Assembly (NCBI GenBank): GCA_030390025.1
Contig: CM059432.1
Span: 134,914,001 to 134,978,000, forward strand
DNA from: Squalus acanthias
Taxonomy: Eukaryota
Reading direction: 5' to 3'
Length of the DNA stretch: 64,000 nucleotides
Part shown: piece after piece, positions 38,901-52,583 of the stretch
Position numbering within the stretch: position 1 is the first letter of the stretch
How the letters are laid out: each line of letters starts with the position of its first letter
Notes under the pieces: model-generated
The model's input: the letters and a program-made list of their open reading frames with translations, nothing else
The model's database searches: none
What the model was told of the DNA's origin: nothing
Program-made: the position numbers and the translations under genes

Positions 38901-40621
38901 ATTAATTTGTCTCCCATCTTCATGGAATGTGGCACAATAGAGGTAAGAGAAAAAGATAAAATAAGACATAACTTATTAAAAAACAGAGATCAGAATTTAT
39001 ATAAAACAATTCTATAATAATGATGAGAGCAGCAGTTGTTTTGTGACAACAATGTACATATATGTTGGTAAACTGATCTGAGACCTGTGAATTGTGGAGA
39101 TGGACTGCAGCCGACAAGAATAAAATAATTTAGGAGAAGTATTTTTTCATAGCAACATGAGAGAAAGACAAGCAGCAAACTGACAGGTTTTGCAATGGAT
39201 TGGCACTCATTAACATTTTTAGCTTCCTCAATGTCCAATCTCTGAGAGAGAAAAACTGTAGGTTGGGATAAAAGTCAAATTATTATTGCTGCATTTCTGC
39301 CAGAACATAACAGAAGCCTGGGTTGACCTCTTCTTGGTTAACACATGTGGCGCTTGCTTCACTGGGGAGTTCCAGTGGTCTGCAAAAAGTGGATTTGATC
39401 CAAGTTTCGCTCTTCAGAAGCACAGACCGCCAATGAAATGTTGAAAGTCCACAAGAAATCTTTCTTGCTCATCAAACATCTTGCTTGAATGCAGACCTTC
39501 AGATATCTGGATTGTACATCTCAGCCAGAAGCAAAGGCAATTTCCACTCTGAAGTAGACTTTCTCATCTATGGCTGCTATCTAATGCAGCACGAGATAAC
39601 AACAAAATAAAACTACCGAATCAAACTTTGACATAGTGTACCCCGGAATATATTGAATAACACGTGCCTCGGAGCAAGTCACACATAAAACAGTGCACAG
39701 CCAAGAGTGCGTTACATATGAGAAAACACACGGGTAGGACACATGGCAGGGATTGGATGACATCACAAACAAGGAGAGTCAAAGCTGTTGTCTTCCTGAG
39801 CCAATAGGTCCATACCATTGTACCTCAGGGAACATATATAAAGTTTAAATCCATATTCCCATCAGTTTGCATGCACCTTTGGTTGCTGATACTAACAGAT
39901 TTTAATGTTATAACTTAGAATTTATCCATGAATGAGACAATAGCACTAAAAAGCCTTATCCAAACACCTAGGCCAACAACATTTACAAATTAAACCAGCT
40001 AATAATAAGTATAAGAACAAATGGAACTGTCTTGCTTGGGTTTCAAGGGGTTGGACCCTTTGTCTTTCTTGTCTTTCTACAATGACATGAAAGTCCCAAT
40101 GTAGGATATGCTTATTGAATACAAGACATTAGTCCTCCTTCATTGTTCCGAACTTCAAGGACTTCCTTCAGACCATGTGCGAGACCCAAATTATGAAGTG
40201 GATTTGTTGAAAAAAGGGAAAGCAGTTTCAAGGGTGGAGAGCTCTAGTCTACGTGTGACCTGTGACTCAGCATTCTAGAGGAAGAGGCAGCCACATGGTG
40301 GGCATGTTAATTCACCAAAATCCCTCACATGAGGATTGGGATTAAGCAGTTGGTGATGAATAAATCTGGTAAGCAGCATGTGCCTTGGATGCCTAGAACA
40401 TTGCAAGCTGCCCCTTCTGAAGGTAGCTATTCATCATATACCCGATGAGGAAACCCAGCCTTGGCGCTTGAAGGTATTACCTGGAGTTTGGGAATGAGAT
40501 CACATGCCTTATATAGAGAGGGTTTGGCACCTACCATGATTAGAGGGTCAATTTTAACTGTTCCTGCCGGGTGGGAAACAGATGACAGCCCCTTTTACAC
40601 CCACCTGATTTTCCTTTCCAT

Positions 40622-41265
40622 TGTCTTACCTCCGTAACATCGCCTGTCTCCGTCCCTGTCTCAGCTCATCTGTTGCTGAAACCCTCATCCATGCCTTTGT
40701 TACCTCTAGACTTGACTATTCCAACGCACTCCTGGCTGGCCTCCCACATTCTACCCTTCCTAAACTTGAGGTCATCCAAAACTCAGCTGCCCGTGTCCTA
40801 ACTTGCACCAAGTCCCGTTCACCCATCACCCCAGTGCTTGCTGACATACATTGGCTCCCGATTAAGCAACGCCTCGATTTTAAAATTCTCATCCTTGTTT
40901 TCAAATCCTTCCATGGCGTCGCCCCTCCCTATCTCTGGAACCTCCTCCAGCCCTACAACCCTCTGAGATATCTGTGCTCCTCCACTTCTGGCCTCTTGCG
41001 CATCCTCGATTTTCATCGCTCCACCATTTCACCTTTCAGCCTCTTAGGCCCTAAGCTCTGGCATTCCCTCCCTAAACCTCTCCACCTCTCTACCTCTCTT
41101 TCCTCCTTTAATATGCTCCTTAAAACCTACCTCTTTGACCTCATCTGCCCTAATATCTCCTTATGTGGCTTGGTGTCAAATTTTGTTTGATAATTGCTCC
41201 TGTGAAGCGCTTTGGGACATTTTACTACATTAAAGGCGCTATATAAATACAAGTTGTTGTTGTTG
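40622..41265 (+). mobile_element. L2 LINE 3' end
   Basis: LIHAFVTSRLDYSNALLAGLP...IQNSAARVL...HWLP; (TTG)n tail. Confidence 0.9.
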
Positions 41266-41587
41266 TATTCTTTTTCTTTTAATTTTCTCAGTCAGAAGAA
41301 AAGACCCTTATATTGCATGCACTGTTTTGTCTATGATACTGCAGCAGTTTAACAATGATTCACTTTGTGCAGCCAAATTTAACATTTGGGCTTTATAAAT
41401 AGAAATAAATGGCACTAGTTCCTGTGCTGATAGCAATAAATTCTTGACTTCTCTTTTTTTTGGCGGGGGTGGGGGGTGGGGGGGGAACTAAAAGCTACTT
41501 ATACTAATTTCAAGAAGTCACTTTGAAGTAGGATTTCCCAAGACCAATCTGCTTGAACAATATTGCAGTTATGACCATCTAATTCAG

Positions 41588-42160
41588 GTACTATTCCAAC
41601 GCACTCCTGGCTAACCTCCCATGTCCTACTCTTCCTAAATTTGAGGTCATCCAAAACTCGGCTGCCCGTGTCCTAACTCACACCAAGTCCCGTTCGCCCA
41701 TCACCCTTGTGTTCGCTGACCTACATCGGCTCCCGGTTAAGCAACGCCTCGATTTTAAAATTCTCATCCTTGTTTTCAAATCCCTCCATGGCCTCGCCCC
41801 TTCCTATCTCTGTAATCTCCTTCAGCCCCACAACCCCCCGAGATATCTGCGCTCCTCTAATGCTGCCCTCTTGAGCATCCCTGATTATAATCGCTCAACC
41901 TTTGGTGGCCGTGCCTTCTGTTGCCTAGGCCCTAAGCTCTGGAATTCCCTGCCTAAACCTCTCCGCCTCGCTCCCTCTCTCTCCTCCTGTAAGATGCTCC
42001 TTAAAACCTACCTCTTTGACCAAGCTTTTGGTCATCTGCCCTAATTTCTCCTTATGTGGCTTGGTGTCAAATTTTTTTTGTCTTATAACACTCCTGTGAA
42101 GCGCCTTGGGACGTTTTACTGCATTAAAGGCACTATATAAATACAAGTTGTTGTTGTCGT
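41588..42160 (+). mobile_element. L2 LINE 3' end
   Basis: Same C-terminal ORF and tail as 40622-41265. Confidence 0.9.
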
Positions 42161-43079
42161 CATTGTCTGTTTCTTGCCCAGTGGGAACAGTTAAGATCGA
42201 CCCCTAGGTTGCAGAGAAACAAACTTGTGGTACCACTGTTTACCAGGGTATGGTGTGTGCTCATGCTGTGGTCAAGAAGATGATGCCCAGCCCATGCTTC
42301 TTGTGAGGAGCCCTGGTATCACCTAGACATCTGACCATTTACCAACTAGATCCTTCTTGGGCGGGGGGGGGGGGGGGGGGGGCGGAGATTAGCAAAGCTT
42401 TTCTGGGTTGAGTTGGCAGCAAAATGATGTGCTTGGCAATAAAATATTGGGTCAACATTCTACGGCAGCATCAAGAGTCTGAAACTTGACCTAAGGCAGC
42501 TCCATTGTACTCCAACACATTGTTGATGAATGACTAACCAACGGGATCTCCAGGGGCAGGCCTCTCAATAGGGAGAGTCTTCCCATTTGGCAACATGTAA
42601 TCTTGCAATCCAATGCCCTAACGGGTACTACGTTCTAACTGGTTTAGGTAGCTGTGTTCTGGCAAGCTGCACAGTTTTAGCTGGCTAAACTCCAGCAGTA
42701 ACCCTCTAAGCTTCACCCATTACCGAGGTGAGCCTAAGATCCCTGCATTTATTTAAGGGGGTGGTGTGTCCATATGTTCATTCCATATTAGACAAACAGG
42801 TTCTAGTTATGTAGATTTCTCAGTAGCTTGGTTTGGAGACCCTTTAAGTACAGTGATAGATTTCCCCATGCTGCATGTGGCTGACCAAAAATAAATGGGA
42901 AAAGGACATTAATCCAGCTCACCAAGCCAATTCTTTCTTCAGATCAAGTACGATTTGCTGTATTGTGGACTTTATTTAAATTTAAGAGGACAATTCTGTT
43001 AGATGTCATTGTGAGATATGAAGCTAATTGAGTGAAAATTCAGAATATCAGTCCAATCAATATGATAGCAGACAGCATT

Positions 43080-44700
43080 CAACCATCAGTACTCTGCTGA
43101 TAGCAGTACCATGGTGTCAGCAACACAGGAACCTTTATGCCCCATAGAATATTGGATTATGTTTCCCTATACTTATGCTGCAATCATGTTCTTAATGAAA
43201 TATTTATCTATCTTTTTTAAAGGGATAATTGACATTGCACTTTTGTTGAGAGCCTGTTCCATGTGCCCAATTTTCTGCAGAAAATATCTTTTAATCTTAA
43301 GTCTTCTTCAAAGCTGCTTAATTTTGTGACTATGTTTAAGGTTAAATGCTCTTGCGATGCCTCTGAATAATAGTCCTGTTAACAACAACTTCACACTGCC
43401 TGCATTCTTTCAGTTGATGGTTAATCGTCACACCTAAACCCTTTTCCTTTTCAGCCACTCCTTCTTTGCCTTATTTCCTCTGATATTACTGTTTTGTTTT
43501 AATTTTGATTCTTGTTTAATTTTTGTTATTATCAGTTTGGGTGGGCCAACTCCTCTGTGTATTGCAAGAGTGGCCCTCCCTCTTAGGGGAGGCATCTGAT
43601 GGTGCAGCCTCATGGGTTTGGGCTTGTCCAAACCTGCAGTCCATTGGTTATTTCAATATAGGACCCTTTCACTACCTATTTCCTCATTCATTTCCTCAAG
43701 GATTCTAAAGGTATTTGCCAACTGATCTTGATACCCTGTATACAGTTAATTACTTCAGTTTCTTCATAATAAATGCTTTACTAATGTCCATATATAAAGA
43801 AAGATTTGCATTTTTATAGCACCTTTCACGACCACCGGACGTCCCAAAGCACTTTACAGCTAATGAAGTACTTTTGAAGTGTAGTCACTGTTGTATTATG
43901 TTATAGATTCCTGACCCAATTACCAATATGAGCAATCTATTTAACATTTCCTGAATTTTCCATAATAAATCCACCCAAAAGACTTTGCTCTGCTACTTAC
44001 ATAGCTAAAAAAAAGGAATCTCTTTTATTGCTATCCACAGTCTACATTTCTATTGTCCTCCTGCTCCTTTTAGTTATCGACAACTGACTTTGTATGAGAT
44101 CTAGTCTTCACTACATCCCTGCATCTTTGAAAGTCAATCTGCTAAGAATTTACATTATTTACCAACTGTGTTATTTAACCTTTGGCATTGTTCTCTGACT
44201 ATATATGCTATTCCCATATGTATTTTTTCACTTCACCTGACGAAGGAGCAGCGCTCCGAAAGCTTGTGATTTCAAATAAAGCTGTTGGACTATAACCTGG
44301 TGTTGTGCGACTTCTCACTTTTAACTACCTGTATCTTGGGACTGGCTGACATATTTTTTCTTGTAGGGACATGCCTCATTTCTGCAACCCCTATAGTAAT
44401 TTTCAAAATCCATTTTTCTTCTGTTGTATTTTCCAATTCTACTCGTTCTTCCACTGAACTCTCCTCATAGACTTAGAATTTGTCCTTCCGAAGTGTAACA
44501 CATTTATTATTTTTGGCCTTAACTTTGATTTTGATATCAAATCTAACTATACAGTGATCACTAAAACCCAAGTGCACCACCTACTTCCAGGTTACTAATC
44601 ATTTCTGGTGGGTTGCTAAATACTGAATCTAACGTAACATCTGTCCTAGAATCCTGCTCAATTAACTATTTCTGTGTAAACAGGAAGCCAATTATGTCTA
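43080..44700 (-). mobile_element. Old, heavily deleted CR1 remnant interrupted by a SINE tail (~43795-43895) and a Penelope end
   Basis: Minus-strand EVGGALGFSDHCIVRFDI endonuclease motif near 44530-44590; scattered CR1-like segments. Confidence 0.45.
44233..44269 (+). ncRNA. Minimal type I hammerhead ribozyme in a Penelope-type terminal fragment (~44200-44322)
   Basis: TCAC-CTGACGA-a-GGAGC-agc-GCTCC-GAAA-GC-TT-GTGA; stems I and II pair perfectly; AATAAA follows. Confidence 0.75.
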
Positions 44701-44839
44701 CTATTGAAAATGGTGACATGATTTTAGTTTTACTGTTGTTGCTATTTCAGTAATATGGCAGATAGATGAGGCCCAAATACATAAGAGAAGAACTGTGTCT
44801 GAAGTGTAGATCTAGATGTATTCATTTGAATGCATTAAT

Positions 44840-45093
44840 GGCCCCGATTTTAACCCCAGGTGGATTCCCCGCTCAAACCTGAGTTAAAATTACAGTCAGG
44901 TCTCAATGATGTCATCAGGCCCCAACATGCCTATGTAAAGAAGGACCCCGTGTCCTTGCTGCTGGCTCAGGAGAGCAGGTTAAAATTGCAGATGTTGCCA
45001 TTATGGCGGCTTTCGGACAGGTAAGAGCCAGGACGACGTTAACTGCCCACCCGCCGGGTTTCTGCTGAGCGAGCAGGGATAAAAATCGCCTCC
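44840..45093. mobile_element. Short Harbinger-like MITE
   Basis: Imperfect TIR GGCCCCGATTTT...AAAATCGCCTCC, AAT on both flanks. Confidence 0.6.
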
Positions 45094-45650
45094 AATTGAG
45101 TCCGTATATTGTGTTCTAAAGAGAAATTTTATCAAATGAACACAAAAAAGACAAAAGTATTAGAATTCACTAACAAAACCCAAAAAATATGAATAAGATA
45201 AAAGGAAAGTAGATGTTTGGTTCCACGGACAGCGAGCAGCAGCAGAAGAGGCCTCCAGATGCTTCTTGGGTGCTACAACAATAGAAGAGGTCAGCTCTCG
45301 TGAGGCTGATCAAGAACAGTGCTTTAAGCTACGACAGTGCATCTTTATTGAGCTCTCTGTAAAATGGAGAAGTGTTTTCTCATTGGAAAATTTATTGAAT
45401 AATAAATACCTGGGGTGACTACTAGAAAATGACCAATGGAGGGGCACAAATGACATAAACTTCTATGCAAAACTCAAATGGTTTATAATTATCATCTGAA
45501 CTTCTAGTTCAAAATTCCCTTGTAATCACTCCAAAATAGTTGGGTTTTTTTTCTACATGCTGTAAAATGCATGGGGTACTTTTACGTAGCTTTACTGACA
45601 GCCAAACTGTGATGATGTTCTCACTGAAGATGCAAACATTGTGACTTCAT

Positions 45651-46258
45651 GGGGTAGAAATTCGGCACGCCCATTTTGGCCATGCAGTGTTGGGAGGGGG
45701 CGCAGGGAACAATCCCTGCGCCTGAATGGTGAGGTCCGAGGCGCCTTCGATATTGGGCCTCAGACCTCATTTCCATCAAACCAGCGAGGCGCGAAGAGCC
45801 TGCTGGTGAAACGTGATCAAATATCGGGCTGCTGTTAGCGTCACAGTGGCCCGCAGGCAAGCGAGGGCCCGGGGGGGGGGGGGGGAAGAAGTGGGAAAAT
45901 CGGTGGTCGAGGTGGGGTCAGAGGCCAAGGTGGGGTCGGAGGCCAGGGAGGGAGCAGCGGTGATCAGGGGAGGAGCAACTGCGGCCCGTGTTCTTTAAAT
46001 GTGGGGTCGGAGGAAGCACTCCTGCTCCTCATTCAGGTAAGCATATTTCAGAAACTTACCTTGTTGGTAACAGGGCGTCGCAAGGTCTAGGTTTCCTGTT
46101 TCAGCCATGGGCATGGATGCTGATTTTTTTTGTCCTAGCTCAATATGGTGGGAGGTGTACCACCAGCTGAAAATGTGTGCGTGCTTCTTGCCCACCATAT
46201 TGGGGGCTTTGTATGCCAGTTAGTGTCCGGAAAATGGGTGCCATCGAATTTAGAGGCC
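45651..46258. mobile_element. Harbinger-like MITE, degenerate
   Basis: GGGGTAGAAATTCG...CGAATTTAGAGGCC ends; GC-rich island in AT-rich flanks. Confidence 0.5.
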
Positions 46259-47079
46259 AGTTACTTTAAATTTATCAGGATATAATTTGCAGTTGATTAT
46301 TGAGCGATTAAATACCCAACCTATCTACATAGGATAAATTAAATTTAGCCTGTGCTAGCTCACAATTCTCAATAACTGTTCCAATTTTCCAAAAGCACCA
46401 TTCGTTTTTGGCTAATCCAGCAATAGTTGCCTTGGATTATCAAATCGCCTTTAAGATGAGAGATTACGTAAGAAGGAAAATGTGTTCCTTGTTAGTGACA
46501 AAACTAGATATATCAGTTAGCCATGACTTTTTGATTACAGTGTTTTGCTGTAAATAACAATAATAATGCTACCCAAAGACATGTATTTGACTACGTCTAG
46601 ACAAGCTCCTATTACTGTCTGACCATACATGCACTTCCTTGCGCTTTCTGTTTTGCCAACCAAACTGGTGACTAAGCAACAGAATACTCCCCACCCCTGG
46701 ATCACATAGATTGGACTTTGTCCAAGCCATCTGACAACTATAAATTCAGATTTGGCTACTGAACTAAACTTAAACTGTTTCTAATTTAAAAAAGCCACAT
46801 TTGTGTTTTGAATGGTAATGAAAAAAAAAATCAGAAATTGGCTTTTGTCAAAGGAATTTTATCGCTATAAAAAGAAATGACTCAGGCAATGCAACTAGGG
46901 AATAATCATATTTCTTGAAATTATAATAATTAGCTTCAGCCTGAATCAAGTTTAAAGAGGTAAAAAAAAGGTCAAGGGAAAATAAAATGGACTACTTTGA
47001 GTTTGGGTTGAAAGAAGGCCAGTGAGTAAACGTTTGCTTTTCAGCTGAGTTCATAACGTCAGCAATGGAGGGGCAGCGG

Positions 47080-47600
47080 ACATCAGGGTGTCTGTGGAAT
47101 ATCAGACGTGGGCCATCCAGGATCCACAAGATATCTAGAGGACCTGTGTCTGCCTCAGATGCCTGGAGGCTAGTGTCTCTTGAGCATAAGATTGCTCAGC
47201 TTGAGGACCAACTCCCTGTAATCCAAAACATCTGGGAGGAGGTGTTTCTGGATCACACGTTCCAGAAGGTGGTCAGTCCACAAAGTTAGGCAGATAGTCA
47301 GAGAGAAGGGTCAAAGGGTCAAAGGGAGAGGAGAGGTTTGGAAAGCAACAAGAGATGCAGGAAACCCCCACCTTCCTGGAGCTCTTCAATCGTCACACGG
47401 TTGTGGACAGCTATGAGTAGGACAACAACAGTCAGTTGGGGAAAGGTAGCCCCGATGATCAACACTGTGGCAGCATGGAGAAAGGAACTATCCAAAAGGT
47501 GAAAGTTGCAAAAGGAAAAGACAAAAGTAGTTGTAGAAGGGGGATTCCATAATCAAAGGCACAGGTAATGACTTTGTGACCGCAGTTGTGACTTTGGGGA
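47080..47600 (+). pseudogene. Degenerate CR1 ORF1 fragment
   Basis: LEHKIAQLEDQL...FLDHTFQKVVSPQ and GDSIIKG resemble the ORF1 at 16572-15666. Confidence 0.6.
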
Positions 47601-47610
47601 TAATTTTCAC

Positions 47611-48150
47611 TTTGCGTACAGTTCTGGTCACCACATTACAGGAAAGATGCAATTGCACTAGAGAGGGTACAGAGGAGATTTACGAGGATGTTGCCGGGTC
47701 TGGAGAATTTTAGCTATGAGGAAAGATTGGATAGGCTGGGGTTGTGTTCTTTGGAACAGAGGAGGCTGAGGGGAGATTTAATTGAGGTGTATAAAATTAT
47801 GAGGGGCCTCGATGGAGTGGATAGGAAGGACCTATTTCCCTCACAGAGAGGTCAATAACCAGGGGGCATAGATTTAAACTAATTGGTAGAAGGATTAGAG
47901 GGGAGTTGAGGAGAAATATTTTCACCCAGAGGGTGGTGGGGGTCTGGAACTCACTGGCTGAAAGGGTGGTAGAGGCAGAAACCCTCATCACATTTAAAAA
48001 GTACTTGGATATGCACTTGAAGTGTCGTAACCTACAGGGCTGCGGACCAAGAGCTGGAAAGTGGGATTAGGGTGGATCGCTCTTTTTCGGCCGACACAGA
48101 CACGATGGGTCGAATGGCCTCCTTCTGTGCCGTAAACTTCTATGATTCTA
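47611..48150 (+). mobile_element. CR1 3' end
   Basis: Near-identical to 51695-52240; ttctatgattcta tail. Confidence 0.85.
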
Positions 48151-49669
48151 CGATTTGGGTGTCCCCTGTTATACATCCCGCTTGATTTTCTTTTCCATTA
48201 ACTTCAATGGGCAGACTGAGGGATGTCACACAAAGAAAGAAGGTCTTGCATTTACACAACGCTTTTAACGGCCTCAGGATGTCCCAAAGTGCTTAACAAT
48301 CAATGAAGTACTAGACAAATTCTGGCAAGGGAGGTGAGCAGCTAATGGTTTTGTTTCATGTGGAAGGTAATAACATGGGCAAGAATAGGTTGGAAATCCT
48401 GCAGTCAGATGCCATTAAAGAAAAGGGTAGTGTCTTCATTTCTGGATTATTAGCAGTGCCATGTGTTGCACAGTATAGGCAGGATAGAATTAGCTAGTTA
48501 ATTGACTGGCTAGAGATACGGATCCAAAATTTCCATAAGCCAGTGGCGCAGCCCCAGCATAAGTTGGCTGGAATTTCAGCAGAAGGTGTGGGAAATTGGG
48601 AGGAGGAGTAACAGAAACACTGGATCCCAGCCTAGGTCACAAGTTTCCATCAAGGCCCCGTTTCAGATGGAACCTCCATCTCCCTCCTGGGCTGGAGAAT
48701 GGAACTCCCATACAAGGGATTTTCTCGGCTCAGCCTCCCTAATGCCAAGTGACCTGGATGCCAGGATGAACCTGGCATACAGCTCTGTTCAGCAGTGGAA
48801 GTTGGGCCTACCTTGAGGTCTAGGCCTGGGCTCTTGCCTGAACTGCAATGCTGGCACAAGTGTTTTCAGTCCCTCAGAAAGGGAGCCGATGGGTTGCACT
48901 AGCTGGGACACTAGCAGCTGCCCAGCGCCAACGCAGGGGGCAAAGGATGCATCTCAGAAGAGAGGTGAATGGACTGGTCGGATACAAAGGGAGGTGATTG
49001 TTTGGAATGGACATTCCAGGAAGGCAATCGAGACTGATATGAGTAATTTTAAGAGAGAGTTGGACAGGCATTTAGCAAGTAAAGCAAATAGGATATGTGA
49101 CTACCCGTGTCTGTGAAAGTGTAGCAGTACGTGTCTGAAAAATAACTTTAAAGCAAGGAAACCTAATATTGGTACCGCCTATTAAATTGTATTACAACTA
49201 AAATCTAGTCATCCTTCAGCAATCATTAAAACGAATTGTTAGTCCAAGTCTGTAAGGAAATGGAAAGAACAAGGGTTGAGGCCAGAAAATTAACTTAACA
49301 AAAAATGGCATATATTTTGCTTTATGTATAAAGTTGACTTTTTTTTACTAAACTGGGGAGGTTTATAGTGATAGTTTAGTAAAAGATTTTTGCTTTAACT
49401 GTGTATAATGCTGGGAAGTTCTACAGTATTTGTGCTGTAATATTTTGTTTGTAATTCCAACCCAGGAGTGGGATATGCGTCACTCAGTGAGCAGAGTCAA
49501 AGTTCTACATTTACCAAGGTTCAGCGAACATGTCTGGTTTTAGGCAGACAGTGAATGTTGAATAGTCTGATAATACTCCAGGCCCTGTCATGGAATCAGG
49601 TCCTATATCATAAACACAACATACCTTTAGGACTTACATCATAAGATCTGGAATTATCCTGTGTCAAAA

Positions 49670-49795
49670 CCTTTGGTCACCTGTCCTAATATCTCCTTAT
49701 GTGGCTCGGTATCAAATTTTGTCTGACAGAGGTCCTGTGAAGCGCCTTTGGAAGTTTTACTAAGTTAAAGGTGCTATATAAATGCAAGTCGTTGT
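49670..49795 (+). mobile_element. L2 3' tail fragment
   Basis: Matches the L2 tails at 37300-37413 and 42020-42160. Confidence 0.75.
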
Positions 49796-49934
49796 TGGTC
49801 GGCAGCATAGGACACGAATTTAAAATTCACGCTGGAAAAATCTTCATATACGATGAATGAATTGTCACACTCCCAATATCAAGAAAAGTAACTTAATACG
49901 AATATTCAGAACATTGTACATAGTTCAAATGATA

Positions 49935-52242
49935 ACAGGTAGAAGGCGTATCAGTGGGGGAGCATTTTGGTGCTAGTGACCATAATTCTGTTAGATTTAA
50001 GGTAGTTATGGAAAAGGACAAGGATAGACCAGGAATAAAAATTCTAAATTGGCGAAAAGCAAATTTTGCTAAGCTCAGAGGGGATTTAGCCATAGTGGAC
50101 TGGAAACAGCTACTTGAAGGTAAATCAGTGTCAGAGCAGTGGGAGGCATTCAAGGAGGAGATCCGGAGGGTTCAGACCAAACATATGCCCTTAAAGAAAA
50201 AAGGTGGGACTAACAAATCTAGAGCCCCCTGGATGTCTAGAGACATACAGGGTAGGATAAAGAAAAAAAGGGAGGCGTATGACAGATACCGAGGGCTAAA
50301 TACTCCAGAATCTTTAGAGGAGTACAGAAAGTGCAGGGGTGCAATTAAAAATGATACTAGGAAAGCAAAGAGAGAGCATGAAAAATTCTTGGCAAGTAAA
50401 ATCAAGGAAAACCCAAAGATGTTTCATAAATATATTAAGAGTAAGAGAATAACTAAAGAAAGGGTAGGGCCTATTAAAGATCATGAGGGTAATCTGTGTG
50501 TGGAGGCGGGAGATGTCGGTGGGGTTCTTAATGAATACTTTGCGTCTGTTTTCACAAAGGAGAGGGGCGAAGCAGATATTGCTATCGGGGGGGAGGAGTG
50601 TGAAATATTAGATGAAATAAACATAGTGAGAGAGGAAGTATTAAGGGGTTTAGCAGCTTTAAAAGTGGATAAATCCCCAGGCCCGGATGAAATGTATCCC
50701 AGGCTGTTAAGTGAAGCAAAAGAGGAAATAGCAGAGGCCCTGACCATCATTTTCCAATCCTCTCTGGCTACAGGTGTGGTACTGGAGGACTGCTAGCGTG
50801 GTACCCTTGTTTAAAAAGGGAGAAAAGGATAGACCGAGTAATTACAGGCCAGTCAGCCTAACCTCGGTGGTGGGAAAATTATTGGAAATAATTCTGAAGG
50901 ACAGGATAAATCTTCATTTAGAAAGACACGGATTAATCAAGGATAGTCAGCACGGATTTGTTAAGGGAAGGTCGTGTCTGACAAACTTGATTGAATTTTT
51001 TGAGGAGGTAACAAGGAGGGTAGATGAGGGTAGTGCGTTTGATGCAGTGTATATGGACTTTAGCAAGGCTTTTGATAAGGTCCCACATGGCAGACTGGTC
51101 ACGAAGTTAAAAGCCCATGGGATCCAGGGCAAAGTGTCAAGTTGGATCCAAAACTGGCTCGGAGACAGGAAGCAGAGGGTAATGGTTGATGGGTGTTTTT
51201 GTGACTGGAAGGCTGTTTCCAGTGGGGTTCCACAGGGCTCAGTACTAGGTCTCTTGCTTTTTGTGGTATATATCAACGATCTAGACTTGAATATAGGGGG
51301 TATGATTAAGAAGTTTGCAGATAATACTAAAATCGGCGGTGTGGTTGATACTGAAGAAGGAAGCTGTAGACTGCAGGAAGATATCAATAAATTGGTCAGG
51401 TGGGCAGAACAGTGGCAAATGGAATTCAATCCAGAGAAGTGTGAGGTAATGCATTTGGGGAGGGCTAACAAGGAAAGAGAATACACATTAAATGGTAGGA
51501 CACTGAGTAGTGTAGAGGAACAAAGGGACCTTGGAGTGCGTGTCCACAGATCCCTGAAGGTAGCAGGCCAGGTAGATAAGGTGGTTAAGAAGGCATATGG
51601 AATGCTTGCCTTTATTAGCCGTGGCATAGAATACAAGAGCAGGGGGGTTATGCTTCAACTGTATAAAACACTAGTTAGGCCTCAGCTAGAGTACTGCGTG
51701 CAGTTCTGGTCACCACATTACAGGAAAGATGTGATTGCACTAGAGAGGGTACAGAGGAGATCTACAAGGATGTTGCCGGGAGTAGAGAATCTTAGCTATG
51801 AGGAAAGACTGGATAGGCTGGGTTTGTTTTCCTTGGAACAGGGGAGGCTGAGGGGAGACCTTATTGAGGTGTATAAAATTATGAGGGGCCTAGATAAAGT
51901 GGATAGAAAGGACCTATTTCCCTTAGCAGAGGGGTCAAAAACCAGGGGGCACAGATTTAAAGTAATTGGTGGCAGGTTTAGAGGGGAGTTGAGGGGAAAT
52001 TTCTTCACCCAGAGGGTTGTGGGGGTCTGGAGCTCACTGCCTGAAAGGGTGGTAGAGGCAGAAACCCTAACCACATTTAAAAAGTACTTGGATGTGCACT
52101 TGGGATGCTGTAACCTGCAGGGCTACGGACCAAGAGCTGGGAAGTGGGACTAGGCTGGATAGCTCTTTGTTGGCCGGCGCGGACACGATGGGCCGAAATG
52201 GCCTCCTTCCGTGCTGTAACTTTATATGATTCTATGATTCTA
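49935..52242 (+). mobile_element. 5'-truncated CR1 LINE, ORF2 nearly continuous (one frameshift at ~50790)
   Basis: 280-aa and 459-aa ORFs from SDH through RT; FADN replaces FADD; (ATGATTCT)n tail. Confidence 0.95.
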
Positions 52243-52583
52243 GGTAATGCACAGTCAGAGTAACGCACTATCATCGGAGCTTACATCTCAATTTTGAATG
52301 TCATCTGAATCGTTCGAACAGTTTACTATTTCATAATTCCTTGAGAGGTAGCCATTATACTACGTGGAACAGAAAGAGATTGGAGATTGCTGAGACGGAC
52401 CAGCTGGAAAACTATAAGCTAATAAACAATGAGAGATTTTCTTTATTAGATTGTCTGCTCTACATGTCTCTGAAGTTGCACTCAGGATCACTCCATTCCA
52501 ATTAAAAAATAATGAAGTAATTGATTGATTGATTCCTGGGATGAGAAGGTTGTCCTATGAGGAGGGATTGAGTAGAATATTGG

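Noticed and set aside
42359..42386. Long G run as a G-quadruplex
   Set aside because: Simple homopolymer, prone to assembly error, with no supporting context
50947..51636. 229-aa minus-strand ORF and similar ORFs (13485, 27252, 27856)
   Set aside because: Antisense shadows of CR1 RT coding sequence
50774..52153. Potentially active reverse transcriptase
   Set aside because: 5'-truncated, frameshifted upstream, and catalytic motif mutated to FADN
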